From contig JAEOUE010000254.1 of NCBI GenBank assembly GCA_016839515.1, forward strand, positions 20,932-84,931: a DNA stretch of 64,000 nucleotides, written 5' to 3'. Positions within the stretch are counted from its first letter, which is position 1; every line of letters begins with the position of its first letter. The stretch is from Candidatus Hodarchaeum mangrovi. Its GTDB lineage: Archaea; Asgardarchaeota; Heimdallarchaeia; Hodarchaeales; Hodarchaeaceae. Shown one piece after another: positions 51,982 through 61,742 of this stretch. The translations under genes were made by a program, and so were the position numbers. The notes beneath the pieces are model-generated. The model was not told the origin of the DNA, did not search any database, and saw nothing but the letters and a program-made list of their open reading frames with translations.

Positions 51982-52083
51982 CTATATAAAAAGATTAAAT
52001 GCTGTAATTTTGGTAATGTCTTTATTTATTAAAAACTATTTTATCTAAAATCCAAGATAATTTTACAGAACTAAACCAAATCT

Positions 52084-53247
52084 CTATTTTAGCATTTCAA
52101 TTTGACCAAAATCACGGTTCAATGTAAATTCACTTAAAATCTCCAAATCTAGAGGAGTTGTCTTATCTAATATCAATCTAGCCAAGACATCACCTAAGCC
52201 AGGGCCTATCATATAACCTTGTCCACACATACCTACTGCTAATAACATACCCTCGATATTTTCTACCTTTCCTACAATTGGTGAACCATCAGGTGTCATA
52301 GGATATAAACCACGCCATGTTCGTCGGATTTTAATATTTTTTAATCGAGGTAAGAGGTGAATCATTCTTTTAGCTATTTGAGGTAGAAAAGAACTAGTTT
52401 CTCTCCTATCGGTTCCGAGTATAGAAGGGTCTGGAGTCAAACAAAATATGATTTGTCCTTCCTTATTTTGATAAAAATAAAAATTCTTAGAATTTCCCCA
52501 TTTAGAATCGATAGCAGGTCTAATATCTACTACCATAGGGGAAAAAAAGTACTGGACAGGTTCAGTGATTCCAGCTTCATGAGAATCAGGAACGACTGGA
52601 ATATCTAATCCTATAGGACGCATTATTTCCGAAGCTTCTCCACCAGCTGCATTTAAAACTATCGAGGTTTGATATTTTCCTTTATTTGTCCTAATTCCTG
52701 TAATTTCTCTTTCTTGAAGGAGGATTTCTTGTACGTGTTCTTTGAAATGAAACTCTGCATCAAGTTCTAGAGCTCTTCGATAAAAAGCATGTACTGAAAG
52801 TAGTGGAGAAGCATTTCCATCTTCAGGGGAAAATGTTCCTCCCCGAAGGTTTTCAATATTAATGCCAGGTACTAATTCTTTTATTTTTTCAGGAGTAATA
52901 AAATCAATATTCAGACCATAATTCTTTTGTAGTTCTACAGTCTGTTTTAATAAACGTTCATGTTCAGGTGTATAAGCAACAAAGGTGTATCCACCTTGGA
53001 TCCATTGAATATCATCCCCATATTTTTCTTCCCATGTACTGAAAATTTCAATAGAACGTTGACAGACCTTGATTTTACTTTTTTGAGAATGAGTAGCACG
53101 AATCCCCCCAATGGCATGTTTGTTATCCGCTTGTCCAACTGAGGCATTTTTCTCAATAACTAAGGTCTTTAGACCGTTGTTTACGAATGAAAGGGCAGCT
53201 GGTACCCCAACACTTCCAGCACCAATAATTATAACATCATAGATCAT
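52084..53247 (-). CDS. FAD-dependent oxidoreductase, sarcosine oxidase / proline dehydrogenase beta-like
   Basis: GAGSVG, NAAG, TPDGSPIVG, GMCGQG. Confidence 0.88.
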   Translation of the reverse strand: MIYDVIIIGAGSVGVPAALSFVNNGLKTLVIEKNASVGQADNKHAIGGIRATHSQKSKIKVCQRSIEIFSTWEEKYGDDIQWIQGGYTFVAYTPEHERLLKQTVELQKNYGLNIDFITPEKIKELVPGINIENLRGGTFSPEDGNASPLLSVHAFYRRALELDAEFHFKEHVQEILLQEREITGIRTNKGKYQTSIVLNAAGGEASEIMRPIGLDIPVVPDSHEAGITEPVQYFFSPMVVDIRPAIDSKWGNSKNFYFYQNKEGQIIFCLTPDPSILGTDRRETSSFLPQIAKRMIHLLPRLKNIKIRRTWRGLYPMTPDGSPIVGKVENIEGMLLAVGMCGQGYMIGPGLGDVLARLILDKTTPLDLEILSEFTLNRDFGQIEMLK

Positions 53248-55328
53248 TAATTTTTCCCTCCGTGTGATTTTGTAAAATCTCCCATAGGAACTTCAACAAA
53301 AAGTGGGCGTAAGGTGCCTGGTGTAAAGTTATGGAGAGAAATTCCCTCCTCTGTAAACAGACGCTCAATTAAACTAGAACATGTTTTGCCACCACAAGCT
53401 CCCATTTGAACCCGTGTCAATGTTTTGAGCTCATTAACATCAGTAACGCCTGTTTTTATCCATTTTCGTATATCTCCTGCAGTAACCCTTTCACAACGAC
53501 AAATAATTGCTTCATCTGGATAAGTAGGTTTGTGAAATATATCCATAGGTTCAATTTTTGTATCAGCTTGTAACCTAAGATTAACTGCAAGTTTAGCAAT
53601 TTTATTTGGTAATCTTATTGTAATTAGCTGCGTTCGAGGAAATTCTTTTAAAATTCGTACCCTTTCTACAGGAAACTGTCCTAATAATCCCTCATCCCCC
53701 ATTACAGTTACTAATTTTCCCTTCTGAAGTTTTGTGGTTGCTATTTCAAAAGGGAATGTGACAAACGGATTATCCTTATCTTTTCGATAATCAAGGAGGG
53801 TAATAGCTAAGCCTGGACACACAGCTATGCAACGTTCACAGCCTATACACTCTTTTTCTCCTTTGAAATAAGGTAAATGTGTTATTAAATCATCCTCTGT
53901 ATGTATTTGATCCTGTGGGCACACACTTGCACATGGATTACATGGTATTTCTTGATCACAATGAAATAATGGAAAGATATCAGCCTTAACATCAGGCAGA
54001 GGTCGATTAATAGGAGGAGGAGGGTGTATTTTCATCAAATTTGCTTTTGCTTCTAGCACCATTAAATCTTCGGTTGTTTTAATTCCCATTTCATTTAGAA
54101 GACGAATTGCTTCAACACGTCCAGTAAAGATTGCAGCACTTGCTTCGGCTATCTCTTGTGCATCCCCTGCTACTACTGCTTTAAATCCAAAAATTCCAGC
54201 TTTTTTATAAAATTCATCAACTGGGGAAAGACCAACAGCAATTAGGATTGTATCGCATTCAAAAGTTTGTTCTGTACCTTTAATGACCTTCCACTTATCA
54301 TCCAATTGGCCTATTGTTACACTTTCGACACTATTGATCCCATTTGCAGCTATAATAGTATGGTTTGTGTAAATTGGTACTCCCAGACGTCTCAGCTTAT
54401 TTTCATGAACTTTATAACCTCCACATCTTGGAAGAGCTTCAACAAGACCAACAACGTTAATATTAGCTTGAATAGCATGGTATCCAGCTATTAATCCCAC
54501 ATTCCCACCTCCTACAATAAAGACTTTTTCGGATGGTTTCACTAAATCTCGATTTACTAGAGTCTGAAAAGCCCCTGCTCCATATACCCCAGGTAATGTG
54601 TCTCCTGGAAATGCAAGCATTTTTTCACGTGCTCCTGTAGCCACAAAAATATATTTAGGTTTAATCAAAGCATAAACCTGTGAATCTTTCCACACTCCAA
54701 CCAGTCCATCTGAAAAAACTCCAATAGCAATACTATTTAACCAAATATTTATTAATTTATGATTTTGTACTTGTTTCCCTAAAATTTCTGCTATTTCAAT
54801 CCCCCGTTTTCCAGCATAAACATCCTCTTGAGATCCAAAAAATTTATGCGTTTGTAGTATTAATTTTCCTCCAAGACGATGTTTATCATCTATTAATAAT
54901 ACTTTTACGCCATAATCAGTAAATATTTTAGAGGCTGAAAGTCCTGATGGCCCTGCACCTATTACTAAAACTTCAGTTTCATAAATTAAAGGATCACCCA
55001 CACCCTTATCTTGATCATCCTCAGGTAAAGCAGGTAACCCAATACATGGTTCAATTTCCATATTAGGTCTTAATACCGTCATACATGCTTTTACAGGACG
55101 ACCATTAACTATCACGGTACATTGTGCGCATTGTCCATTTGCACAGAATATCCCTTGGGGACTATTATCCTTTGGATGATTTCCAAATACTTTTATTCCA
55201 TGAGAAAAAAGAACAGAAGAAATTACCTTACCCTCTTCTCCTATCAAGGTCCTACCCTTCCAAGTGAATTCAATATGCTGTAATTTTGGAATGTTAAGAA
55301 TTGGATGTTGAGTAATTCGATATTTCAT
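53247..55328 (-). CDS. Sarcosine oxidase / proline dehydrogenase alpha-like multi-domain Fe-S flavoprotein
   Basis: 2Fe-2S CANGQCAQC, GAGPSG, GGGNVG, two 4Fe-4S motifs and a BFD-like CRCE...CGGKTC. Confidence 0.88.
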   Translation of the reverse strand: MKYRITQHPILNIPKLQHIEFTWKGRTLIGEEGKVISSVLFSHGIKVFGNHPKDNSPQGIFCANGQCAQCTVIVNGRPVKACMTVLRPNMEIEPCIGLPALPEDDQDKGVGDPLIYETEVLVIGAGPSGLSASKIFTDYGVKVLLIDDKHRLGGKLILQTHKFFGSQEDVYAGKRGIEIAEILGKQVQNHKLINIWLNSIAIGVFSDGLVGVWKDSQVYALIKPKYIFVATGAREKMLAFPGDTLPGVYGAGAFQTLVNRDLVKPSEKVFIVGGGNVGLIAGYHAIQANINVVGLVEALPRCGGYKVHENKLRRLGVPIYTNHTIIAANGINSVESVTIGQLDDKWKVIKGTEQTFECDTILIAVGLSPVDEFYKKAGIFGFKAVVAGDAQEIAEASAAIFTGRVEAIRLLNEMGIKTTEDLMVLEAKANLMKIHPPPPINRPLPDVKADIFPLFHCDQEIPCNPCASVCPQDQIHTEDDLITHLPYFKGEKECIGCERCIAVCPGLAITLLDYRKDKDNPFVTFPFEIATTKLQKGKLVTVMGDEGLLGQFPVERVRILKEFPRTQLITIRLPNKIAKLAVNLRLQADTKIEPMDIFHKPTYPDEAIICRCERVTAGDIRKWIKTGVTDVNELKTLTRVQMGACGGKTCSSLIERLFTEEGISLHNFTPGTLRPLFVEVPMGDFTKSHGGKN

Positions 55329-55601
55329 TAAAGTTCCTCAATAAATCATCATCAGTCAAGAAAGAAGTCAAGATTTAGGATGAATCTAGGGAAGAAGAAA
55401 GATATTTAAGTAATCTGACTTGAAACCAATCGTATCCAACGTTGTTTACTTTTATATTTGAATTTCTTTATGGTATTTTTGGTAATATTCGTATAGATGA
55501 ATGTAATTTCATAGTGATATTGACTTCCAAAAGATTAAACCACTATCTTCTCTCAAGATGAAAAACAAATTAGTAAGTGAAAATATGTTGAGGAAGAAAA
55601 A

Positions 55602-56276
55602 ATGGTAATTACTCCAGATACACAGACTGCATTAGACATTCTTCGTGTATGGCCTGAGGATTTTAAATGGTATCTAATACCTATTTTTGCTCTCGTTATC
55701 TATGTCTATTTTAGTGAAATAGAAAAAGGAAATTGGAACCGCGTATTTGCAGGATTAGCATTTTGGGGAATGGATTGGCTTAATGAAATTGCTAACGCTT
55801 TAATCCTTGTTTTCACTCAGGAATCAGCCTTATGGACTTGTGGAGGAGAAACAGGATTCCTGATTTTTGTTGGATTAAATATTGAAATTTCATTAATGTT
55901 TGCTATGGCTGGTGTTGCCTTTGTAAAGGTACTTCCAGAGGATCGAAACCTTAAATTTTTTGGTTTAATACCTAATAGATGGGGATTAGCAATTGGAAAT
56001 GCAATATTTTGCGTATTTGTTGAGTTAATCCTCAATTATGCTGGAGGATTACTTTGGCATTATCCTTTTTGGAATAATCCCTTGCTTGGTTTTCAATATA
56101 TTCTGAGCTGGATCCCTATTGTTATTTTTGGTTATTTACATTTCATGATAGTCTGTTTCTGGGTCCATGATATGAAATCGCAAAAAAATCAAATTATTGC
56201 TGTTTCAGTTATTTATACTATTGCTATAAGCGCAGTAATCCTTTTTGGTATTGTTTTAAAACTACCATATTTCTAA
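55602..56276 (+). CDS. Hypothetical membrane protein
   Basis: About 6 TM helices; GAGG upstream of the ATG. Confidence 0.75.
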   Translation: MVITPDTQTALDILRVWPEDFKWYLIPIFALVIYVYFSEIEKGNWNRVFAGLAFWGMDWLNEIANALILVFTQESALWTCGGETGFLIFVGLNIEISLMFAMAGVAFVKVLPEDRNLKFFGLIPNRWGLAIGNAIFCVFVELILNYAGGLLWHYPFWNNPLLGFQYILSWIPIVIFGYLHFMIVCFWVHDMKSQKNQIIAVSVIYTIAISAVILFGIVLKLPYF

Positions 56277-56509
56277 CTTTTTATTTATTCTCAAATTTTG
56301 AGTAGAATGTTCGCTCTTTACTGAAATGGTGGTAATTAATCTAATGATCTGTAAAACCTTCTGGATTATGAAAATCTTCAGTAGAAAGATACAATCAAAT
56401 CATAAGTTTCGGGTATATATCACCCTATATTCTGGAATCGTGTAGAAATCAAAAATTAACCTTAAAGAACATTAAACTTAAAACCTAAAAATAGATCGTA
56501 CAAAAAAAA

Positions 56510-57907
56510 GTGATTTATATGACCTTTGAGAATCTTCATTATCCTGAAGCTCCAAAAATTATTGATAAGCTTCCAGGAAAAAAAGCGCGAGATATACTCA
56601 AAAAACAATATGAAATTGAAGGTAAAGCTGTCTCTTACCCAAAAGCTATTCCATTAGTAATTGGTGAAGGTAGAGGAGCAACTATTAAGGATAGCGATGG
56701 TAATATCTTTATTGATTTTTTTGCAGGGGCTGGAGTGGTTGCATTAGGCCACTGTAATCCAATTATAATAAAAGCAGTAGAAGAACAGCAAAAAAAGATA
56801 ACACACACACTAGATTTTCCTACCGAAATACGTATCAGACTAGTTGAGAAAATTCGTGGAATTTTACCTGATAAACTTAGAGATAAAATGAGAATTCAAT
56901 TTGGGGGACCCACAGGTTCAGATGCTGTGGAAATGGCAATCAAATTTGCTAAATGTATGACTCAACGAAGAGCTTTTATCTCATTTGAAGGAGCGTACCA
57001 TGGCATGACATCAGGAGCTCTCTCATTAACCTCAGGAAGATTTTGGAAGGAACAATATTTACCATTACTCTCAGAAATACATTTTCTTCCCTATGCTTAT
57101 TGTTATAGATGTCCTTTCCAAAGGATACCAGACACTTGTGAGAGAATTTGTGCTCAATATTATGATTATAAACTGAATGATCCTCATTCAGGTGTTACCC
57201 AACCTGCAGGTACAATAATCGAGCCAGTTCAAGGTGAAGGAGGATCTATTATCCCACCAAAAGGATTTATTAAACAAATTCAAGAAATAAGTCAGAATTA
57301 TGATATCCCAATCATTTTTGATGAGATACAATCAGGTTTCAATAGAACTGGTAAATTTTTTTCATTTGAGCATGATGGAGCAGTACCTGACATCATAACA
57401 ATGTCTAAAGCTCTGGGGGGTGGTTTCCCATTGTCAGCAATAGCATATAGGGAAGAATTTGATGAAAAGGAAAAATGGGTTAAAGGAGCTCATATCGGAA
57501 CTTTTAGAGGAAATGTCTCAGCTATGGCTGCAGGTGTTGCAACTATTGATTTCATGATTGATTATAATCTATCCGAACATGTTAAAAAATTAGGAACCTA
57601 CATGGTACAATCATTGAAAGATTTAGAGAGAAATTCAGACATTATTGGTGAGGTTCGAGGAAAAGGGTTAATGATAGGGCTAGAAGTAGTAGTTAATAAG
57701 GAAACCAAACAACCTTCGGAAGAGCTAGCTAGACAGATTAGAACAGAAGCATTCAACCGAGGAGTATTAGTAGAAATAGGTGGCCATTATAACAATGTAG
57801 TACGGTTACTGCCACCATTAGTAATAACACAAGATCTAGCAGAGAAAGGGATTGAAATTTTAAAAACAACTATTGAAATGGTTCAGAATACTTCTAACTA
57901 TGTGTAA
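56510..57907 (+). CDS. Class III aminotransferase (diaminobutyrate/4-aminobutyrate transaminase-like)
   Basis: GSDAVE, YHG, EPVQGEGG, DEIQSG, MSKALGGG, GTFRGN. Confidence 0.92.
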   Translation: MIYMTFENLHYPEAPKIIDKLPGKKARDILKKQYEIEGKAVSYPKAIPLVIGEGRGATIKDSDGNIFIDFFAGAGVVALGHCNPIIIKAVEEQQKKITHTLDFPTEIRIRLVEKIRGILPDKLRDKMRIQFGGPTGSDAVEMAIKFAKCMTQRRAFISFEGAYHGMTSGALSLTSGRFWKEQYLPLLSEIHFLPYAYCYRCPFQRIPDTCERICAQYYDYKLNDPHSGVTQPAGTIIEPVQGEGGSIIPPKGFIKQIQEISQNYDIPIIFDEIQSGFNRTGKFFSFEHDGAVPDIITMSKALGGGFPLSAIAYREEFDEKEKWVKGAHIGTFRGNVSAMAAGVATIDFMIDYNLSEHVKKLGTYMVQSLKDLERNSDIIGEVRGKGLMIGLEVVVNKETKQPSEELARQIRTEAFNRGVLVEIGGHYNNVVRLLPPLVITQDLAEKGIEILKTTIEMVQNTSNYV

Positions 57908-59087
57908 AAGATCTAATTAATCGAATATAAAATTCTGTCGCTTTAATTAACTGATTTATAGCCACTTGGTCTTCTGGAGTATGTGCATGTTCTTCTTTTC
58001 CTGGGCCAAATCCTATTGTTGGAATATTAAAAATACCTTTGGTTGCTGCTCCATTTGTAGAAAAAGGCCAATATTTCAATTTAGGTTCTTCTTGGAATTG
58101 TTCACGATAAACCCCCATTGCCTGTTGAACGAAAGGATGCTTTTGATCCATTATCCAAGAGGGATAATAGGATTTAAAAGTAAATTTTTTTCTTGAATTT
58201 AACTGTACAGTATATTCAGGAATAAATATACGAGTCTGAATAGTTTTAAAGGATTCTAAGTTCTTTAATTGTTCAATTGCAGTAATATCAGATTCATTAG
58301 AAACCAATCGTCGATCAACATATATGATTGCTTTATCAGGGGTTGCATTAATATTAGGACTACTTGACTCTATTGCTGTGACACTTATTTGAGCTTTTCC
58401 TAACAGAGGATCTATGTGAAGATTCTTCTGAAGTTTTCTTATGTCCTCAATAATAGGGAGTAGGTTATAAATGGCATTAATACCTTGGTCAGGATTAGCT
58501 CCATGGGCCGAAATTCCATTAGTTGTTATTTTTAGATCAACTCGTCCTTTTTGACCGATAGCAATCTGAAGATTCGAAGGTTCTGTTAATATAACTTTAT
58601 CTGGTTTAATTCTTTCCACTTCAATTAAATGTTGCCAATTAAGTCCTTCATGTTCTTCTTCTCTTACTGAACCTACGAAAATTATCTGCAAATTGTCAGG
58701 AATACCAATTTCAGTCAAAATTTTTAATGCATAAAGAGTGGTAGCAAGACCTCCTTTTTGATCTGAAGCACCTCTTCCATAAATTATTTCATTCTCAATT
58801 TTTCCATTAAACGGTTCATGTTTCCAATTTTCAGGATTACCCACATCAACCGTATCCATGTGACTATCAAAGGCAATAATTTGCGATCCATTTCCTAAAC
58901 TCCCATAAAGATTACCTATTGCATCAATAGTAATATCATCAAAGCCAATATGCTCCATTTCACCTTTGATAAGTTTTCTAACATCATCTTCCTTTCCAGG
59001 CGGTGAAGGTATACTTATTAGCTCTTGAGTAAATTTAATCAGCTTATCTTTCTTTTCATTAACTAAAAAATTAATTTTATTATTCAT
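57894..59087 (-). CDS. M20 family metallohydrolase (YgeY-like)
   Basis: DSHMDTV, GRGASDQKGG, EE, TEP, FSTNG, AH. Confidence 0.88.
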   Translation of the reverse strand: MNNKINFLVNEKKDKLIKFTQELISIPSPPGKEDDVRKLIKGEMEHIGFDDITIDAIGNLYGSLGNGSQIIAFDSHMDTVDVGNPENWKHEPFNGKIENEIIYGRGASDQKGGLATTLYALKILTEIGIPDNLQIIFVGSVREEEHEGLNWQHLIEVERIKPDKVILTEPSNLQIAIGQKGRVDLKITTNGISAHGANPDQGINAIYNLLPIIEDIRKLQKNLHIDPLLGKAQISVTAIESSSPNINATPDKAIIYVDRRLVSNESDITAIEQLKNLESFKTIQTRIFIPEYTVQLNSRKKFTFKSYYPSWIMDQKHPFVQQAMGVYREQFQEEPKLKYWPFSTNGAATKGIFNIPTIGFGPGKEEHAHTPEDQVAINQLIKATEFYIRLIRSFTHS

Positions 59088-59270
59088 AATACCGTCTCAA
59101 ATGAAGGATTTTTGATTAGAAGTATTATGTTCTAGTTGAAAAAATTTTAGATAAAATTTTCTTTTCAATAATTTTCATGACTGCTTACTTGATTTAAAAT
59201 TACTGATAAGTGTGAACATTCCGAATTTCAAATCTAAAAATACATATTAGACTCTTTAGTTTGTTTTATC

Positions 59271-60605
59271 ATGAAAAAATTGAGTAGCTATTTTTATTTG
59301 GTTATTTTATTAGGAATTACCCTATTTTCTCTTATTTTATTTTCTCAATCTTCCCAATTTCAACTTAAAGGTGAATATCTGCCTTCAGTAAAGTTTGAAC
59401 TTATGAAAGTATTTTCCAACCTTACATTCACGAAGCCTTTAGGCCTTTATTCCGACACAAAAGATTTTTTATACGTTGTTGAACAAGAAGGATTAATTAA
59501 AAAATTTAAAAATCAGTATAATACCTCATCCACAGAGATTTTTATCGATTTACGTGATAAAGTCCTTTTGGGAGGGGAACAGGGACTACTTGGATTTGCA
59601 TTTCATCCACAATTTCTATCAAATGGTCAATTTTTCGTGGATTACACCGCTGATAACCCTAGAAGAACTATTATATCTCGTTTTAGTCTTTTAGACACAC
59701 AATCTGTAAACTATAGCTCTGAGATGATAATTTTGGAAGTTCCTCAACCATTTAACAATCATAATGGAGGACAAATCGCTTTTGGGCCCGATGGATATCT
59801 TTACATAGCTTTAGGAGATGGTGGAAGTGGAGGGGATCCATATAATCATGGTCAAAATCGTTCAACGTTATTAGGATCAATTTTACGATTAGATGTGAAT
59901 TCAAAGACATTAACTACAAATTATACAATTCCTCCAGATAATCCTTTTGTTGGGAATTTATTAGGATATAGAGAAGAAATATTTGCATATGGATTGCGAA
60001 ATCCTTGGCGCTTTAGCTTTGATTCCTTTTCAGGAACCTTATGGGCAGCAGATGTGGGGCAGAATATGTGGGAAGAAATTAATATCGTTGAAAAAGGGAA
60101 AAATTATGGATGGAGAATAACAGAAGGATTTGAATGTTATAACCCTTCAGTCGATTGTAACCGTGCTGACTTAATTGACCCTATCTTTGCTTATGGACAT
60201 GACCTAGGAGCTTCCATCACAGGTGGATTTATATATCGAGGATTGGAACTCTCAGTTCTCTTTGGATATTATCTTTATGCAGATTTTATATCAGGAGTTA
60301 TTTGGGCTTTGAAATTAACAAATGGAATAGAAAATTATATTCTAGTTGATACTCCATTAAATATTGCTTCTTTTGGTTTAGATAAATCAAATGAATTTTA
60401 TCTTTGTGCATTTGATGGGTATATCTACAAGCTGATTTATGATCATTCATCATCAAATTTGACTACTAGTTCTGCATTAATAACTGAAAGTTCATTTCTA
60501 ATTAGTTCCACCCAATCCACATTCCCTACCTCAAGTCCATATCTGCAATTTCTATTAGGATTACTCTTCCTGTACATTATTTCTAGAAAAATTATACGCA
60601 AATAA
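59271..60605 (+). CDS. PQQ-dependent sugar (glucose/sorbosone) dehydrogenase-like surface protein
   Basis: Signal peptide, GLLGFAFHP, HNGG, GDGG, GLRNPWR, then an S/T-rich linker, a TM helix and a basic tail. Confidence 0.9.
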   Translation: MKKLSSYFYLVILLGITLFSLILFSQSSQFQLKGEYLPSVKFELMKVFSNLTFTKPLGLYSDTKDFLYVVEQEGLIKKFKNQYNTSSTEIFIDLRDKVLLGGEQGLLGFAFHPQFLSNGQFFVDYTADNPRRTIISRFSLLDTQSVNYSSEMIILEVPQPFNNHNGGQIAFGPDGYLYIALGDGGSGGDPYNHGQNRSTLLGSILRLDVNSKTLTTNYTIPPDNPFVGNLLGYREEIFAYGLRNPWRFSFDSFSGTLWAADVGQNMWEEINIVEKGKNYGWRITEGFECYNPSVDCNRADLIDPIFAYGHDLGASITGGFIYRGLELSVLFGYYLYADFISGVIWALKLTNGIENYILVDTPLNIASFGLDKSNEFYLCAFDGYIYKLIYDHSSSNLTTSSALITESSFLISSTQSTFPTSSPYLQFLLGLLFLYIISRKIIRK

Positions 60606-60757
60606 TTCGTGATTTTACCTTGAGAAAAGTTAGGTAATATAAATAAGAGTTGGGGGCAATTTTTAGTAAAATAATTTGAGTACTTTTTTTAACTATGAGG
60701 ACAGAAATTAATTTAGTATAAATCTCAATTTCAAAATATTCAGTGGGTGGATAAACT

Positions 60758-61534
60758 ACGTTCGGCCTTGATATCATCTCTAAACCTGGATTTTTATTAC
60801 TTTCCCATGAATTTGTCAAGGGTTGGTTATATGAAGTTAATACAGGAATTAAAGATCAGGACATTCATGCAAGTCTTATGAGTGCAGCTATCAATACACT
60901 CAAAGAGACTCAAGGTCAAACAATTACAGCTATTCGGCACGTAGGATTTACACTCTTATTATATGAGGGATTATTAACATATGGTATCTTAACAACTTCC
61001 GAGGCAGAATATGATCCTATTCAGTTTGAGTTCCTACGTGAGGTAATTTTGAAATTTGAATTAATGTTTTCATTTGAATTGTCATCGGGGACTCTGTTTA
61101 CCCGCAGTGATTTTGAGGTATTCCATCAAATTGTGGATGAAATGTATGATAAAATGGTGGGTATTGATGTTGATGGACTCAGGAAAATTTTGAAAGTAAT
61201 GAATTATTCAAAAATTAGAAATTTTATTGTCTACGAAAATCATCACTTTCAACCTGTTTTTACAAGTATCGTCGACCCGCTTGTTAATATCCCCCTTCAT
61301 AAAATCACTAAAATCTTCCGAGAAATGAATTATCTCTGCGAACCAGTTGATGGAGCTTCATGTGAGATAGATTTTGATGATATATGGATTTCTGGAGTAA
61401 GAATCCCAACTCATTGGCTAATTTTATTATCACCAGTTCAAAGGTTAAATCGTGCAAGTTTATACACTGAATTAAACGCAATCCGAGATACTTTATTAAG
61501 GAAAGAGAATAATTCATATATTTCAAATAATTAG
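60758..61534 (+). CDS. Longin-like domain protein; proposed ACG start
   Basis: A 40-codon in-frame extension upstream of ATG 60878 encodes FGLDIISKPGFLLLSHEF, the first longin strands. A second alpha/beta domain follows. Confidence 0.65.
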   Translation, partial: TFGLDIISKPGFLLLSHEFVKGWLYEVNTGIKDQDIHASLMSAAINTLKETQGQTITAIRHVGFTLLLYEGLLTYGILTTSEAEYDPIQFEFLREVILKFELMFSFELSSGTLFTRSDFEVFHQIVDEMYDKMVGIDVDGLRKILKVMNYSKIRNFIVYENHHFQPVFTSIVDPLVNIPLHKITKIFREMNYLCEPVDGASCEIDFDDIWISGVRIPTHWLILLSPVQRLNRASLYTELNAIRDTLLRKENNSYISNN

Positions 61535-61742
61535 ATTTTAAACGGACTGGTTAACTTCTGTATCAATGCATTCATACATAATAAGGATCTATTAGCCCTA
61601 TAAGGAAACTTCCTTCGTTTAGTTAATAAATTACTTTAGTTTTATTTAACATCAAGAAACTCATTTTGCTTTTCTTCAATCAATACTATTCTGCGAATAA
61701 CGTTAAGAGTAGATTTTTTAACTCAACTATTGTTAAGATTAT

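Noticed and set aside
57894-59087. Selenium-utilisation locus suggested by the YgeY-like gene; Sec/Pyl read-through
   Set aside because: No other selenium genes are nearby, and I noticed no gene interrupted by an in-frame TGA/TAG with continuing homology.
60592-60819. 75 aa minus-strand ORF
   Set aside because: Overlaps the proposed true 5' end and promoter of the longin-like gene and has no motif.
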